Assembly (NCBI GenBank): GCA_951406725.2
Contig: OX597819.1
Location: 2,914,001-2,978,000 of the forward strand
Length of the DNA stretch: 64,000 nt
Source of the DNA: Octopus vulgaris
Lineage: Eukaryota
Direction of reading: 5' to 3'
The notes under the pieces were generated by a model. It had not been told where the DNA came from, searched no databases, and was given only the letters and a program-made list of their open reading frames with translations. Below are positions 60,052-64,000 of the stretch, in pieces. Both the position numbers and the translations under genes were made by a program. Within the stretch, counting starts at the first letter, position 1. Every line of letters begins with the position of its first letter.

Positions 60052-61610
60052 AGCTATCCGAGTTGACAGTTCTTTGGTAGTTAAGGCAATTAGAAGCATG
60101 AAGACAGGGAAAGCACTAGCCCCATCAGGAATTACTGCAGAGATGCTCAAAATATCTGGCAGTGTCGGCTATAGCCTAGTCACCCGTATAGTTAACCAGG
60201 TGATACACGAAGGAGTCATACCCAATGACTGGTGTAGCAGCATAATAGTCAACTGCTACAAAGGTAAAGGTGACGCCCTAGATACAAATAATTACAGAGG
60301 TATCAAGCTGTTGGATCAGGTAATGAAGGTTACGGAGAGGGTCATAGCCCAACTAATTAGGGAGAGAGTCAACTTAGATGAGATGCAGTTTGGTTTTGTG
60401 CCAGGGAAAAGCACCACTGATGTCATATTTCTGGTGAGACAGCTGCAGGAGAAATACCTAGCCAAAGATAAGCCCCTGTACCTGGCTTTTGTTGACATGG
60501 AGAAAGCCTTCGACAGGGTCCCCCGATCCCTTATCTGGTGGCCAATGAGGAAACTAGGGATAGATGAATGGCTGGTGAGAGCTGTGCAAGCCATGTACAA
60601 GGATGCTGTAAGTAAGGTTAGGGTTGGCAACGTGTACACTGAAGAATTCAAGGTAGAGGTAGGGGTCCACCAGGGTTCAGTCCTCAGCCCCCTCCTATTT
60701 CTCATAGTCCTCCAGGCAATTACGGAGGAATTCAAGACAGGATGCCCCTGGGAGCTCCTCTATGCTGACGACCTTGCTCTAATTGGGAAGATAGTTTTTG
60801 TATGTGGCAGATGCTCAGGAGCAATAAACACTGAAAATGTGCAGAAAACAACTTCCGTCACTTTCCAAGGGGAAAAATTGAAGTAGTTGATAGATTCCGT
60901 TATCTAGGTGACCAAGTCAGTAGTAGGGGGGGGGGGCTGAAAGTGTAACTGCTAGAGTAAGAATAGCCTGGGCAAAGTTCAGGGAGCTCTTACCTCTGCT
61001 GGTGACTAAAGGCCTCTCACTCAGAGTAAAAGGCAGACTGTATGATGCATGTGTACGAACAGCCATGCTACATGGCAGTGAAACATGGGCTGTGACTGCT
61101 GAAGACATGCGTAAGCTCACGAGGAATGAAGCCAGTATGCTCTGATGGATGTGTAATGTCAGTGTGCATACTCGACAGAGTGTTAGTACCTTGAGAGGAA
61201 TGTTGGACCTAAGAAGCATCAGCTGTGGTGTGCAAGAGAGACGATTGCACTGGTATGGTCATGTGGCAAGAATGGATGAAGATAGGTGTGTGAAAAAGTG
61301 CTAATCCCTAACAGTTGAGGGAACCCGTGGAAGAGGTAGACTCAGGAAAACCTGAGACGAGGTGGTGAAGCACGACCTTCGAACTATAGGCCTCACCGAG
61401 GCAATGACTAGCGACTGAGACCTTTGGAAATATGCTGTGCGTGAGAAGACCCGGCAGGACAAGTGAGTTCAGACCTGTTGAGGCAAGCGAAGTCGAAATC
61501 AAACTTCATCCGATGACAGGCACCCATGCCAACCTCCCTTCATTGGACACTAAACTCTGCTTGCGAAGACCTGTTGAGGCAAGTGAAATTGGAATCGAAA
61601 TTGAACCAAT
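60052..61610 (+). mobile_element. RTE LINE copy with internal 249-nt deletion and truncated 3' UTR
   Basis: ORF 59954..60886 RT jumps from YADDLALI to GKIVFVCGRC; downstream homology continues to ...GAAATTGAACCAAT at 61610. Confidence 0.92.
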
Positions 61611-63097
61611 AGGATGTGTGCAGTGCTCAGTAGTGCAATTTTCTGTATGCTGTATATACTTGTAAGTCCTGGTATTTTTGTTATGTATTTGTCTGAATAT
61701 TTTTTTATCATACCTAATGCGCCTACTATGATAGGGATTGTTTCTGTTTTTAGATTCCACATTCGAGTTACCTCTATTTCCAGGTCTTTGTATTTGGAAA
61801 GTCTCTCCATTTTTTTTAGAGACATGTTATCATCTGCTGATATTGATACATCAATTAGAAAACATTTTTTTTCTTCATGATCTCTGACAACTATATCTGG
61901 TCTGTTGGCCTTAATTTCTCTATCTGTGTGTATCGGCATATCCCAGAGTATGGTTGCTTTCTTGTTTTCTGTGACCTTTTCTGGTGTGTGCCTATACCAT
62001 CTTTTTTCTGTTGTTATTCCATAATGTTGGCATAGCTTCCAGTGTATGTAGGTTCCAACTCTGTCGTGTCTGTGAATATATTCCTTCTTAGCCAGGACTG
62101 GGCAGCCAGATATAATGTGATTTATTGTTTCTTGTCCATCTCCACATATTCTGCAGTTACTTGTTATATTTCTTTTCATTACATGTTTTTGGTAATTTCT
62201 GATGGGGAGGCTTTGGTCTTGTGCTGCAATTAAAAATCCCTCTGTCTCTGCTTTGAGTCCTGAGCTTCTCAACTACTGCTGGGATTTTTCTTTGTCTATT
62301 TCTTTTGCATTTAGTTTAGTCCAGTACTTGCCATGAAGGGGCTTTTCTTGCCATCGTTTTATCATGGTCCATTGCTCTTCTAGTTTTAGTTTGGCTTTCA
62401 TTTGTTTTATAGATTTTGTTTCTTCTTCTTCTTCTTCTTCTTCTTCTTCTTCTTCTTCTTCTTCTTCTTCTTCTTCTTCTTCTCCTCCTCCTCCTCCTCC
62501 TTCTTCTTCTTCTTCTTCTTCTTCTTCTTCTTCTTCTTCTTCTTCTTCTTCTTCTTCTTCTTCTTCTTCTTCTTCTTCTTCTTCTTCTTTGTTTGGTGGT
62601 ATGATTTCTTGTTTGTATTTGTCAGCTTCCTTAAATACTGAGAACAGTTTTTAGTTTTGCTTGTGTTTTGCCGCTATTTGTATCAGTTTTCCTTGCTTCT
62701 GAAGTAGATATTTTTGCAGTCCTATGGTGGTTATTTTATAATAGTTTTCCAGCTGTATAAGACCTCTACCACCTTCTATATGTTATATATATAGCCTTTC
62801 TATGTCAGATTTTGGGTGATGCATCCTAGATCCTGCCATTATTTTTCTTGTTTTCCTATCTATTTTGGTCAGTTCATTTAGTGTCCAGTTAAGGTTATTG
62901 TAGCTGTAACTTATAACTGGGATGGCTAAAGTGTTAATACCTATTATCTTGTTTTTTGCATTGAGCTCTGTTTTTAGTATTGATCTCACTCGTCTATAGT
63001 ATTCTTTCTTTATTTTCTCTTTCATTTGTGTGTGTTGTATCTTATCTAGTTCATGGATTCCTAAATATTTGTAAGTTTGGCTTTGGTCTAATTTATC
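61611..63097 (-). mobile_element. R4/Dong-clade non-LTR element (RT C-terminus, CCHC, restriction-like endonuclease), 5'-truncated
   Basis: YKYLG...INTLAIPVISYS, AAQDQSL, CRICGDGQETINHIISGC, RHD, RPDIVV...CFLIDVS and KY.DL motifs; 5' junction abuts (TAA)n. Confidence 0.88.
62420..62588 (+). repeat. Compound (TTC)n(TCC)6(TTC)n microsatellite
   Basis: About 56 uninterrupted pyrimidine triplets inside the R4/Dong element. Confidence 0.97.
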
Positions 63098-63480
63098 ATT
63101 ATTATTATTATTATTATTATTGAGAGAGCAGTGCATGCCATCAAAGCTCAGTATACCCATCATGACTACCTGTTTGATAAGGGTACACCAGGCACATGCA
63201 ACACAACCATATGTGCACAACTTGGTGATCTCATATCATGATAAACAGTGCATAACCTTGTTTAAGGATGTTGAACAAACCACCCATGTTTCCAGAGGTG
63301 AATTATCCAAACCCCAAAGAATTCCTCTCAACACATGGCTATTATGTCCCCCACTACTTCTACTTGTGATTAGAGATGCACATATTGTCAGCCACTAAGG
63401 GGCATGATCAACTGGTTAAGGTTAAACAACTGACAAGCAAATCTGTGGTATTGAGTAGAATATTTGCTGTAGCCCATCTT
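63098..63480 (-). mobile_element. Unclassified short retroposon with (AAT)n tail
   Basis: Non-coding segment ending ...GCATGCACTGCTCTCTC(AAT)n; its tail is the site of the R4/Dong 5' junction. Confidence 0.35.
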
Positions 63481-64000
63481 TTATACAAATTATTATTATT
63501 TTTATTATTGTCATCATCATCATCATCACCATCACCATCATCATCATCAGCAGCATCATCATCATTATTTTTGTTGTTATTTATACAGTAATACGAGTGG
63601 TGAGAAAGAAATGCATTGTGGTACTTCTTTCAGCTCTTTAGTTTCTGAGTTCAAATCCTGCCAAGATCAATGTTGTCTTTCATCCTTCAAAGATCAATAA
63701 AATACAATGCCAATTAAATATTGGGACTGATAGAATTGATTAAGCCTGCTTATACTTATACACTGACACAGCTTGCCCTTTTACCAACTCCAGTTTAGGG
63801 AATGAGAAGATTAAACTGGAGAAATGACAAGGTGTCGGATCAGAAAAGAGGACAGCTCAATGCTCAAGAACTAAGGAGAAGAGTGGTGAAAGTCTGATGA
63901 ATCAATAGCAAAAACTATGCATAACATAATCCTCATCAACAACAAAGTTTCAGCATTAGTGTTTCTATGAACTAAAAGAAATTGTAGGGAAGCTGAAAGA

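Noticed and set aside
62364-62654. Poly-Ser, poly-Phe and poly-Leu ORFs on the plus strand
   Set aside because: Antisense readings of the (TTC)n tract inside the R4/Dong element.
52440-64000. A divergently transcribed host gene upstream of ARL1
   Set aside because: All recognisable coding sequence here is transposon-derived. A tiny or non-coding exon cannot be excluded.

Overview
This is AT-rich, microsatellite- and transposon-dense animal genomic DNA. The repeat families point to a coleoid cephalopod, most likely Octopus (inference). One host gene could be assembled by hand: a 6-exon ARL1 (ADP-ribosylation factor-like 1) on the minus strand, ATG at 52190 and stop at 15536, 543 nt / 180 aa, all introns GT-AG. 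The rest is layered mobile DNA: several RTE-clade LINE copies, a full-length Tx1/L1-clade LINE in a GA microsatellite, an R4/Dong-like RLE element, Penelope-like elements, a decayed Gypsy with a nested solo LTR, mariner/Merlin/Chapaev-like/piggyBac-like DNA transposon relics, Helitron-like elements and tRNA-derived SINEs. The most interesting observations are: (1) a small head-to-head element joining a tRNA-like Pol III head to a Penelope-type minimal hammerhead ribozyme; (2) RTE LINEs with a PHD-type finger inserted inside the RT and a 3' UTR of tandem units that can fold as H-type pseudoknots; (3) an inverted 8-bp TSD upstream of ARL1, the expected footprint of reversed-ends alternative transposition; (4) a 164-bp palindrome at a Penelope 5' junction. 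All coordinates were read by eye; repeat boundaries are approximate unless a TSD or TIR is quoted.
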